A stretch of 64,000 nt of DNA from Ruditapes philippinarum. Lineage: Eukaryota. Location: NCBI RefSeq assembly GCF_026571515.1, contig NW_026855476.1:372001-436000 (forward strand). The letters run 5' to 3'. The notes under the pieces are model-generated. The model was not told where the DNA came from. It was given only the letters and a program-made list of their open reading frames with translations, and did no database searches. The position numbers and the translations under genes are program-made. Shown here one piece after another: positions 28,001 through 38,001 of the stretch (position 1 is its first letter; every line of letters starts with the position of its first letter).

Positions 28001-31000
28001 TGTGGGATTTTAAAGTAAATCCTATAAGGAATGAAGATGTTGAAGTGAAAATACCAGTTTCTCGAAAAAAATCTAAGTTCAAGGGGGACATAATTCTGGA
28101 AATAGTCTTGCTAGAGTATTTAACCTTCTCAAAAATGTCGAGTGATAATAAGAAACATATATATGAAGTTTGAAGTAGATACATTAGGAAATAAAGAAGT
28201 TATTTAAAAAAGACAACATTTTTTCCCCTAAAAAATCTAAGTTCAAGGGAGGTAATACTGATATTTTTTGTGCTAGAGTTATAAACCTTGTCACATATGA
28301 CGTGGTTGATGACCAGAAACTTATATTTAAAGTTTGAAGTAAACACCTTAAGAAATAAAGAACATATAGTGAAAAAGCTGAAAAATTTAAATCAGAAATC
28401 TTGAAATTCAGGCTATTTGTTGCCATAGCAACCAGAATTTTCAACATAGGAAGAAAAGAAAAAGATGTGCATAATCTCCAGACTGCCATCTACCCATATT
28501 TCAAGTTTCATAAAAATATTTTCAGTACTTTTTGAGTTATCACTGGATCCAGTTTATGTGTTAAATTTGCCATATTTTCAGACTATTTGTTGCCATAGCA
28601 ACCAGAATTTTCAACATAGGAAGAAAAAAAAAAGACGTGCATAATCTCCATACTGCCATCTATCCATATATCAAGTTTCATAAAAATATTTTCAGTACTT
28701 TTTGCGTTATCGCGGGATCCAGTTTTGTGGACGGACGGACTGACAGACAGACGGACAGACAGACAGACGGACGGAGGGTAAACCTAAAGTCCCCTCCGGT
28801 TAAACCGGTAGGGGACTAATAAAACAATATGAGTATTTGTGTGAAACAGTTCTGAGTACCTAGATATTGGGCATGTTTCCTGTAAAGCAACCTTTACAAA
28901 TACGTGTAGTTCATAAATCATAACTGTATGTGGTGAAAAAAAATTGATACTTCTAACATGATCTTATCTTACTTCTGTATTAAAGAGTTATGGCAATTTT
29001 CCTGCAGTGGATCTTAGGCGAGTGGTCTAGGATTGTTTAATGGGAAACATGAAACTTGAATAATCTTTGACAGACAGTTAATTTATATTTTAAATCATCA
29101 ACAACTATATGTGGGTCAAGCGATACTATTGATATACATATTAAACTACACATAGATCATATGATGTATCAGTCGCCTTAATTTTACTTTGTATCTTTTG
29201 AAAATACCATGTCTAGATATGTTATTCTATAAACAGTGCTGATTCAATTATACTTAATTACAATGATATGAAAGTAGATATAACTTTGAATCGTACTGTA
29301 ACAAGCCTTCAGCAGTCTTCACGAAAAACTTTTAAAAGCACAGGACATTCGGGCCAGTAAAATTTCAAATCTTACTGGACCTGTTGATTTTTAGCCGGAC
29401 CAAATACATAGATAGGTAATAAATTGATGGGTAAACGAAAACACTTTATCATGCTTCCCTTGATAATTTTGAAAGAAGCATAATACTTCTTGTATTCTGG
29501 GCCATATGTTGACAGCTTTGAAATATTTAAAGGACCAAATGTTTAGACAAAATTGACTAGAATTGAACATGGACAAAGCACTTTGCTTCAAACAAATCAC
29601 TTTAATACAAAATATTTACTTAACTCAATAATCACAAAATCATAGCTAAATAATAAACAATGGTTTAATTTCTTAAGTGTACGGTGCGGTACGGAAAATA
29701 TCCAAGAAAAAAATGGCGGCCTCCATTACTCAATACAATTCAGACATCTTTCGCTGTGTTATGAACATTTAGGACAGAATTGATGGATTTCATTTGCAAA
29801 AAAGGCAAAAAGATCAATCTTTTAGAGAACCCTACTTCATTATTTTGATGAATTTTTCTTATAATATTTTTTCATGGCAAAAAACTGCTGGCCCGTCGGA
29901 CCACCAGCCTTGCAATAATCACCAGACCGATGCTTAATTTAGTGGCCTCGGGCCTCGGACTGGCGTTTATTTCGAAGACTGCTTCAGTAAGACTATGATA
30001 TATCATGCAAAATTCATTTTTTCATTGTGTTGGCTTTAAAGCGATTTTTATCTTTTTCGTAATATATGTTGTGAAGGAATTAATTTTATTCGTAAATAAG
30101 ACAATATTTAACGCATGTTTTGTTGATGTATATTCAGTCTACTATCGTTACAATTAACTGATAATATTAAGAATATTGAAACAAGTTATATCTTGCAAAC
30201 AAATTTTATAATTGACTGTTTACACATGAATGTATGTGAATTTACTGATATTTTAACACACCCTCTAGGCCTGAATGAAGACAAAAATTTCTTAAGAACC
30301 ATAACCTTTTAACAGTGAATATTTTCCTAAAAATTCGTAGAAAGTTTAACAAAAATAAAAAAATGAAATTAACTTACAAACTTTGTTGTTTTTGTTTTTC
30401 AATTATCAAATAAATTTACCCAACCCACTTTGACAAAATATATAACCTACAGATTTTATGCTTACAATAAACACATAATATTAATTAAATATCATATACA
30501 CTAAAAGAAACTAAGTAACTTTTTGAGTTTTATACAACGACCTATTAGAAAACCATGTTAGAGAAATATGCAAATATTAGCACTTTTTCTTTAATATTTT
30601 TAAAGATATTTTTTGGATAAATAACTTAAAAAGTTTGACTTACATTCTGGTTTACATAATAATATGATTATTCTTGATATGTTTAAACACTTTTTATCGA
30701 AATTTGTATAATTTGTGATACAAATTATATGACAAAAGAGATATATTAATTTTTGCATAAAATCGGCAGCCATATTCGACGCCATCTTGAATTCTGAAGA
30801 AGTATGAACGCGGAATTTGTTCAAGATTTGAATTTTTGTAAAGGAGAACCTTTATACATGCTTAAGTGTAAGTATTAGGTCTGTACAAAAAAATCACTGA
30901 ATGCGCTATTATGAACGTCAAATTTATAGGCGGCCATTTTGAAAATGGCGGCCATCTTGGATGAGCAGAGATATTTTTGGGCCCACTTCACTTTTGGAAT

Positions 31001-34000
31001 GTCTATAGTCTAAAGATGATTTCCTGAAAGTTTCATGCTTGTATCACAATTTGCACTATTTTGACAGGAGAGACCTTATTTCCCGCTCCACTAAAGAGCT
31101 ATGGACTGGTTCCTGGATTCCCTTGTATCTCATAGCTTTCTCTGAGGTGACTAATCTTAAGTCATGTCTACGTCCCCGCGAGGGGTTTGACATTAATGGA
31201 AGATAGATAGATAGAATTTGAAAACATTGGAAATGGAATAAAATACATGGTGATTTTGACGGTAGGCGTGCGGATTTTTTCCAGCGAACATTTTATCTTG
31301 TACATTATTAAAGATGTTAAAATATTAAACTTAATCAAAACAGCTTATATTAAGTTTTTTTTATATGTATGATAAGTACATGTGCTGGGATTGACAAATA
31401 TACATTTTGTTTGGAATTTAAATGTGTTTTGAGCTCCACGTCCCAAGTGTCTGTGCTTTTTAGTGCAATTTTTTATATGATGCTGCTTTTCCAAGAAGAG
31501 ACAATATAATATTTATACAACCTGACCTAAACCTTCAATTTACAAATGGATTGAGTTTAATCTTAAAATACTCTAGGCCCTATAATGTTAACATTTTTTA
31601 AGATTTTACTTATATTTTCCGCGACCTTTTAACAGGCTGGTGAAAATGCCCGATCGGGCTTAGACATAAAAATATCATATTTCAAGAAATATAATTAATA
31701 CGCAAAGGCCCCGCGAGAGCTGTAGCGCTCTTAGATAACATGTATGACGCGTATCAATTCAAATGAAATCTAATTAAAACTAACTGAAAAATTCAAAAAA
31801 ATATATATCCCATACCTAATGAACTGTGAAAAAATCCTTAGTTAAATGGGCGCCGCCATTTTGAAATCATTTTGAGCTAAATATAGATATCAGAGCGCTT
31901 TTAATGAGCGTCTACATTATTCAGACTATTGCTAGCAGACGCATGATAAGTAACACTTCCGGTGAAAGAATGATGTACAGAATCAGATAATAAACCTGCA
32001 TTTCATTGATAAGAATTAAAGTAACGATTATAAATATAAAAAATTACTTTAACCTATCCTTTTTGATAAATACATTGTAAGCACATTAAAAATAACGTTA
32101 CAACAACAACTGTGATTAGAGAATAACAAAAATGGCGGACGGGATTTTCCAAACGCCGACGCATGCGCAGTGGTCCCCCTTTACGTTCTGATGATAGGTT
32201 GAACACCACCAATTTATTCGTTTTGTTTATGGTACAAAATACCTGCAAAAAAGATCTGGTTTACATGTACACTTAACATGTTATGCTAAAATCATAATAC
32301 ATAGGAGCTTTCCGTGCCATAGGTAGCACCTAATTTCATATTATATTTCTTTCTCACTTGTTTTGTTTATTAAGCATTGATATATGATACAAATCAAAAT
32401 AAAAATATTTTGGTTATCTTTTATTTCCTTAGAATTATTTCCCTTTTTCCCATTTTCTAGAATCAAAATATTTAAAGTTTACAAAAATTATATTGTAATG
32501 TAAAATTCTAAATAGAAATGTGACCAACAACTTCATTCTGCTCTAGATTATTGGGCAAATACCTTTTTCTACAGTGCACTCCGGATACAACGAGATTGTC
32601 AGGACTCTGCGTTGTTCCTCAAGAATAATTTTAGAACTCAACACCGCTAAGCCATTTTTTCTACTTTCGGTTCTGTGCACCTTCGTTTTGAAGAGTAAAA
32701 TTATAAAGGCAGGTAACTCTTGTAATTTTATTCTGCTCTATTTATAGCATGTATATCTACGAATACATGTTAATAAAAGGGGGGGGGGGGGGGGGGGGGA
32801 CAAAAAGCCGTCAAAACAGGTCTTTATAAGGGAAAAGGTTAAAAAAAAAAATTCCATACATGTAAAATTTAGCAAGTATCACATAAAAAATGTTGTTATT
32901 TTAGATTGTCTTTGTTATGTCTTCACTTTATCTTGCAATACTTGTTCTATATTCGCAAGATTTGAGAATGTATCTGATTTAATGTCAGACTCGCACTCAC
33001 AGAACCTACGTCATGTTTTTAGTGCATCCATTGTGTTTAAAACACTGACAACTGAATTGTCACACAAGTCCATTGTTTCATCGTCATCCTCATAGTCATC
33101 TGGGAGAAGTTACACTTAATTTCCTAGACAATGTCATCGTCAGTTATTGTCCGGTCACAGTAACATCACTGTCTACATTCATGTATTCATCGACAAGAGG
33201 TATCTGGGTAATTTTCTTGGAAAAGTAACCGAAGTTGGTTCAATGGGATATCTCCCTCTGGATCATCGGCAAACATATTCCCGACGGACTGATTATGATG
33301 TTCAAACCCAGTCTTTTTAAAACAGTTTACAATACATTTTTCTGAAACCATTTGCCATGCTGCAAGGGTTCATTGACTGTCATTTTCAAAAGAGAACAAT
33401 GCCGAATCTACCAGTAATTTTCTATAATAAACTTTAAATGCTTTAATGATACCCTGGTCACAAGGCTGTAGGTGTGAGGTTGTGTTAGATGGCAAAAACA
33501 TTAGCTTAATGTTTGTCAGTCTGTTTATATCCGGATGTGCTGGACATTTATCAACAAAGAGCGAAATGTGCCTGTTTGCTAAACGCATCTGCCTGTCAAT
33601 TCTCCGTACCCAACTTTCAAACAAATACTTGTCATCCACGCTCATACTTGACTGGAAGGCTTTTAACAGTCTTTAAACATCACAGATTTTTGAATTTGCT
33701 GATTAAAAAAGGTTTTAATTTGTCAGTTCCAGACATGTTTGTGGCAAGCATTACTGTAATTCTTTCTTTTGATATTTTCCCGCCACTACATGATTCACCT
33801 TTGAAATGCAATGATTTATCAGGTTACAATTTGTAAAATAAGCCAGTTTCATCTGCATTAAAAATGTTACAAGGTTCATATTGTTCGATGATTCTAGGCA
33901 ATTTCTCTCTCAATGACTGTACAATATTGTCATCAACAGCATTACTTTCCCCACAAACATTTTTATACACAATCCCTCTACGCTCCTTGAAACGCTCTAT

Positions 34001-36420
34001 AAATTCATTTGATGCTTTAAAATCAGAAAGTCCCAATTTTACGGCTTAAGATTCAGCCTTATAAGCTAAAACTGGTCCTGTGATAGGTACCCCTGTGCTA
34101 CGGGCTGACGAAAACCACTTAAAAAGAGCTTCTTCAATGTTTGTGTATTCACAAGAACGGAATCGCTTCCAACTAGACTGAAACAAATTTTTCTCAAAAT
34201 TAGATTTGATGACTCTTTGTTTTTTAGAGTGCTGGATGCTAGTCCATGTTTTCTCGCAAGCTCAGCTTTAGAACAAAGTCCTTTTTCAACCTTTTCGATT
34301 TTTATTATCAACATCCATTTTAAACTTCCATGTGATGAATGTCTTTAAAATGCAGTGTATTTTATAAGAGTAATGAAATAGCCTTTAAATTTGTTTTAAT
34401 CACTCAAAACCATATCGTGATAACATTTCATCACCTATAGGACAATTTAGCCAGTAGCGCAAAAGTAACCATCGATAACTCTCTAATTGATCCCTCCCAT
34501 TAATTGCCTACCATTTTTTGGTAAGACTGCAGTGTTGCATCTAGGCCGCGCGATTGCGCGATTTGCGCATTTTTTATGCAGATCGCGCATTTTAATGAAG
34601 TCAACGCGCGCCAAGTCGCGCATCTGACGATTTTTTAACTTAATTCAGTTTATCTTCATCGTATCTTGAAAGCTTCAGCCATGTTTGTTTTCACTCGTGG
34701 TAATGACTAAAATACGTACTAAATCGCGTGTAGCAGCCGACTGGGTCATCTCGCGCGTGTTTTGTAGTATTCGTCAATATTTTATTTTTTCTACTTCCGT
34801 TTTTGAGCGGACGATAGCTGTCAAAAATGCCTGAACGTAAAATAAATGAATTCTTTTCGATAAGTCATAGTGTAAGGTAAATGTATGTCCCCCACATTTT
34901 TTTCAAATCCCCCACATTTTTCAGTTGAGTGGGGGACAATCCCCCATAATTTTGAAATTCTAGATGCAACACTGGACTGCAGGCGACGCGCTTTACGCAA
35001 GTCCTCATTATAACTTGTGAAAAATATGCATTGTGCGGCGGATATATGTACGTTGTAACCAATATCTCGCTAAAACCGATCTCGTTATTAACGATATAAA
35101 ATGAATGGGAAATAGAAGGAAAAAGGCCGGAACAAAGTAGAATGTACGTTATAAGCGGTACCTCATTAAAACCGATCTTGTTATAAGTGGAGTAGACTGT
35201 ATATATTTTGATTAAATATTCTGTTTCTGCCATTTATATTTTGACAATTCTTTGACACTGAACATTATACTTTGAAGTATTCTCTGAAAACCAAATGAAA
35301 TATTATGTATGCTGACTAGTGATGTTCCGATTGTCGCAAGTTGCCGATAATCAGTTACTGTTATGTAAAGCGACAATAATCGATTCACATATATTTGTTC
35401 CGCGACGTCGTCGAAAATGTTTAAAGTATCAAAGGGAATTAATTCTGACGTTAATTTTCTTTTAGGAACACCTCGCCGATCGCAAAAAATTATCTCAGAG
35501 ACTATTTGGAGTTGAATAGGATCAATACGTGATGTAAACAATAGATATATAATGTGATGTGAATGTTATTATTTGACATCCATTGGAAAATTAAATCTAC
35601 ATGTATTTCTTAAAATTATAACTAACTATATAGGATTAAAACTGTAAAATGTTTCTTCCCTATTTCTTTTTAACGCGACTTTAATCGAAAAGTTATCGAT
35701 TATGTCCCATCCGATTGAACCGATGATCGATTGGGACAAATTTCATCCGATTTCCATCACTAATGCTGACAGGTGTTGGCGCAATGAATAAGAGTATAAA
35801 GAAGTTATTTAACCCATTTTGTTTTACACTTTGCATATGTAATTTACTCTTTAAGGTCTTCAAAAATTATGTGTTATAAAAACATGAAAAAAGGGAAATA
35901 AATCTCACAAAAGTGACAGTAGCCAAATATTTTTCTTTCTGTTTATGTCAAATATTATTCTCAATAAACAAACAAAGTTTAAAAGAAATATCTTTATTTC
36001 TTTTCTAGAAAATTGTATGATTTTTTATGACATAAGCCCGATGGGGCATTTTCACCAGCCTGCTTAAATTATTAGTTACTAAGAAATCAATCGATTATGC
36101 CAATACAAGTTGTTAGCAACTCCTAACGTCGTTAAATAGCTGTATTTAAATAATTGTCAATGTCAACTCAATACCGTGACCTCCTTCATGTAACACATGC
36201 ATGCATGGTCACAGTTTTTGACATAAATAAAATTTGCAGCAGGTCATCATCTGATCATAATAAATTACGTTGTTATTATGTAGCACAGTAAGCTTATATT
36301 CAAATGAATAGTAATGTATTAAATAATGAAGATATACCTTGCCCTTGCAGAAATCGCAGGACATAAGTTCTTTTGCAAGAGACTTCCGAAAACTGAACGT
36401 GAAGATCTGAGCGCTGCCAT
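16021..36420 (-). CDS. GOT2: Aspartate aminotransferase, mitochondrial precursor, 10 exons, 427 aa
   Basis: Exons 36420-36338, 23905-23749, 21968-21840, 21471-21341, 20980-20893, 20269-20201, 19481-19295, 18733-18568, 17208-17058, 16143-16021; all GT-AG, total 1284 nt in frame. Transit peptide [28 protein letters not shown] then [16 protein letters not shown]; motifs [38 protein letters not shown] lysine [29 protein letters not shown]. Confidence 0.97.
16333..16720 (-). mobile_element. SINE nested inside another SINE (GOT2 intron 9)
   Basis: Host SINE (GTTTAACGTC...CATATGGCAACTTT, then GGTGGAGGAAGAC) is split by a second tRNA-headed SINE at ~16400-16592; duplicated AG(T/C)TTTACTGGT flanks the insert. 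Confidence 0.65.
17410..18545. repeat. Degenerate HINE/satellite fragments (GOT2 intron 8)
   Basis: AACAAG start at ~17410; repeated GCTGTACATCAAAGGACAAG units (17845-18085); about three ~180-bp units with AATTTTGAC(C)C...AAACAA(T)CTT (18100-18545). Confidence 0.55.
17502..17720 (-). mobile_element. tRNA-derived SINE, full length, (CAAA)n tail
   Basis: Head with GGGTTAGAG A-box and GGGTTCGATCCC B-box on the minus strand; tail (AAAC)n; TSD ~TCAATGTTTG; nearly identical to 47093-47306. Confidence 0.85.
25370..25966 (+). mobile_element. Crypton-like non-autonomous element with ~140-bp terminal hairpin
   Basis: Near-perfect hairpin 25372-25514 with loop CGAGGCGATAGCCGAG, followed by TTATTATATGA, whose inverse TCATATAATAA closes the element at 25956-25966. 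Crypton assignment is from architecture only. Confidence 0.6.
27760..28820 (+). mobile_element. HINE/pearl-type element with internal tandem repeats
   Basis: AACAAG start, hairpin GTATTGC-GG-GCAATAC, subterminal AGTCCCCTACCGGT; two ~170-bp repeats (28408-28725); (GACG/GACA)n microsatellite; 3' palindrome AGTCCCCTCCGGTTAAACCGGTAGGGGACT. Confidence 0.85.
29313..29981. mobile_element. hAT-like MITE with 6-bp TSD
   Basis: Termini CAGTCTTC / GAAGACTG; CTTCAG at 29307-29312 and 29982-29987; subterminal GGGCCAGT/ACTGG(A/C)CC repeats. Confidence 0.7.
32900..34316 (-). pseudogene. Frameshifted Tigger/pogo (CENP-B-like, DDE_1) transposase
   Basis: Fragments in different frames: [19 protein letters not shown] (34066-34314); [17 protein letters not shown]...CGES...[12 protein letters not shown] (33824-34036); LFVDKCPAH...[26 protein letters not shown] (33370-33645). 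3' boundary approximate. Confidence 0.9.
34530..34974. mobile_element. hAT-like MITE nested in the Tigger, 5-bp TSD
   Basis: Perfect 15-bp TIR CAGTGTTGCATCTAG / CTAGATGCAACACTG; GACTG on both flanks; asymmetric subterminal repeats (GCGCGATT left, CCCCCACATTT right). Confidence 0.8.
35317..35762. mobile_element. hAT MITE with 8-bp TSD
   Basis: TIR TAGTGATG / CATCACTA; perfect TSD ATGCTGAC (35309-35316, 35763-35770); many CGAT/ATCG subterminal motifs. Confidence 0.85.
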
Positions 36421-37044
36421 AATTCAAGGTCGCTGAAGAGCAAGTAAAGGGAGAGAAATACGAATGTCCTCAACGAATACACTAAAACCTGTACATTACG
36501 TCTTTCCGCGCCGCTAAAAATTATTTGGGTCAGACTAATAAATCGATGTCATTGCTCCGCGCCCACAGGCGCGGAGCTTTTTGTGTTTACTATTTTTTTT
36601 GTCCATGGGCCCGGATTTGAGCAATAAATCCTTTCGATTAACAGCTAAAAGTAAATCTGCATTCAAGAACTCCTTTCGATTTCTATATTGGTTTCCCCGT
36701 CGGTGATTCGCAGCATCTCATATTAATGAATGAGAACCGGAAAGCAGTTCTGCTGTCTATAAATAGCCATATTTGTATTTCCCTTTTTAAGTAGTACATG
36801 AAATTATAATTTGTTACATTTTGAAATACATTTACCCACAGCATATCAAGTATACTATTAATGATTGAATTTGTCAATATAAAGAAGATTTCAGGCAAAA
36901 GATTTTAACAATTTTGCTTTTGATAATTATTTTTAATTTATATTTATGAAATTAAATGTTTAATAATAACATGTTGATATATTGGTTGTTTTGAAATAAT
37001 TAAACTTTAGTATATAATGTTACATTTCTTTTGCGTCAATCTCG

Positions 37045-37290
37045 ACATTGTGGGTTCGATTCCCGGGCTGGCCAACTAAAATTACTAATCAGTCTTTCGG
37101 ATGAGACTATAAATCGAGGTCCCGTGTATGGGTGCTTAAACACTTGGCACGTTAAAGAACCAGGAGAAGCTTCTGGAATTGGGGCATCTTTCTGTATCTG
37201 TAATTGCACTATCCTCCAAAAAAATAAAATGACTAATACTCTTCTGGAGGACTCGCCCATATGGGCAACCGGTGGCGAGTATAAATAAAC
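37045..37290 (+). mobile_element. Deu/Nin-domain SINE (5'-truncated)
   Basis: B-box GGGTTCGATTCCC, then TCGGATGAGACTATAAATCGAGGTCCCGTGT and GGCACGTTAAAGAACC, motifs characteristic of the DeuSINE/Nin central domain; ends ATAAATAAA. Confidence 0.75.
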
Positions 37291-37537
37291 GCAAATACAC
37301 ACACACGCGTCACTTTAAGGGCATGACTGGTGACATGTCCGGGGTCCGTACCCGACAGCGAAAGCTGCTTTTTGTGCCCGGAAGGTCGGATGGACCCTCA
37401 TTAAGCATTAACATACATACATGCGTCATTGGAACAGTATGCCACTTTGTGAAAAAGAAAAAAGTTAGTGGTATGACTGGTGATATGCTCGGGGGGTCTG
37501 CATGTTGTACCCTTACGAGCGGATGGACCTTCAATAA

Positions 37538-38001
37538 GGTGTTTCTGCTTTCTCAGCCATGTTTGTTTAAACAAAGTCTGTCCAAAGTGAAAGTAGGCCA
37601 AAATACATATAACAACAAAGCTCACATTGTTATATGATGAGCCATTTGCAAGTACACTTCCAATTCTATGTTTTAAAGACTATTTTAAACAAAAATAAAA
37701 ATGATAACAATAAGAAATTTACCTTGAATGGGCTACACTTCTGAAGACCAAAAACATTCTGTTGCAAAGTTTTATGCACATTTCATGAATGGCAAAGTCC
37801 AGTTTAAAGTCTATTTTAGTGCAAACAAATGCTATTTTTGCAGAAAATACAAAAATCGTCCTTAAAATATAAACCTGGAAGTGTACTTTCAAATGGTTCA
37901 TTATTTTACAATAAGAGCTTTGTTGTTATATGAATTTTGGCCTACTTTCACTTTGGACAGACTTTAGTGAAAACAAACATGGCTGTCAAAGCGGAATCAC
38001 C
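37538..38001. mobile_element. Kolobok-like MITE with ~95-bp TIRs
   Basis: GGTG...CACC termini flanked by ATAA/TTAA; arms AAAGTCTGTCCAAAGTGAAAGTAGGCCAAAAT / ATTTTGGCCTACTTTCACTTTGGACAGACTTT. Confidence 0.75.

Larger units (their letters stand above)
24430..31093. mobile_element. 6.66-kb non-autonomous long-TIR DNA transposon, Academ-like
   Basis: Termini TAGTGGGGCGGGAAAT / ATTTCCCGCTCCACTA; ~340-bp inverted repeats (24430-24770 vs 30750-31093) with CAAGATGGCCGCC motifs; weaker inverted similarity continues (26570-26725 vs 30415-30555); 3-bp TSD AAG; no transposase ORF. Confidence 0.75.
24223..31214 (+). mobile_element. tRNA-derived SINE (Nin/Deu-like domain) split into 24223-24429 and 31094-31214
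   Basis: Head GGCGCGATAGCTCAGTTGGTTAGA...GGGTCCGATCC; GGGCATGTAAAAGAACC core; (GATA)n tail; AATTTG on both sides as a probable TSD. Confidence 0.75.
24116..31249. mobile_element. Small palindromic MITE split by nested insertions
   Basis: Perfect 24-bp inverted repeat CATGTATTTTATTCCATTTCCAAT (24116-24139) / ATTGGAAATGGAATAAAATACATG (31226-31249), plus an inner IR ATCCTTTTGTCCA / TGGACAAAAGGAT. Confidence 0.7.
32572..35199 (-). mobile_element. Tigger/pogo-family DNA transposon (decayed), ~2.6 kb
   Basis: TA on both flanks; imperfect TIRs CAGTGCACTCCGGATACAACGAGAT vs (reverse complement) CAGTCTACTCCACTTATAACAAGAT; contains transposase remnants. Confidence 0.85.
31633..36062. mobile_element. 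hAT-like element with long imperfect TIRs enclosing nested insertions
   Basis: CAGGCTGGTGAAAATGCCCGATCGGGCTTA (31633) / TAAGCCCGATGGGGCATTTTCACCAGCCTG (36062); inverted similarity continues at 32340-32460 vs 35880-35995 after a ~640-bp insertion; flanks TTTAA/CTTAA. Confidence 0.75.

Noticed and set aside
33370-34316. Possible domesticated TIGD/CENP-B-like host gene
   Set aside because: Multiple frameshifts and stops, with TIRs and TA TSD retained; this is a decayed transposon.
36300-36482. ORF-track proteins overlapping GOT2 exon 1
   Set aside because: Wrong frames; the true exon starts at ATG 36420 and splices in phase 2 to 23905.
36554-36600. GC hairpin plus T-run resembling a rho-independent terminator
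   Set aside because: Eukaryotic DNA; the stem matches the subterminal word at 38824-38833, so it is a HINE end.
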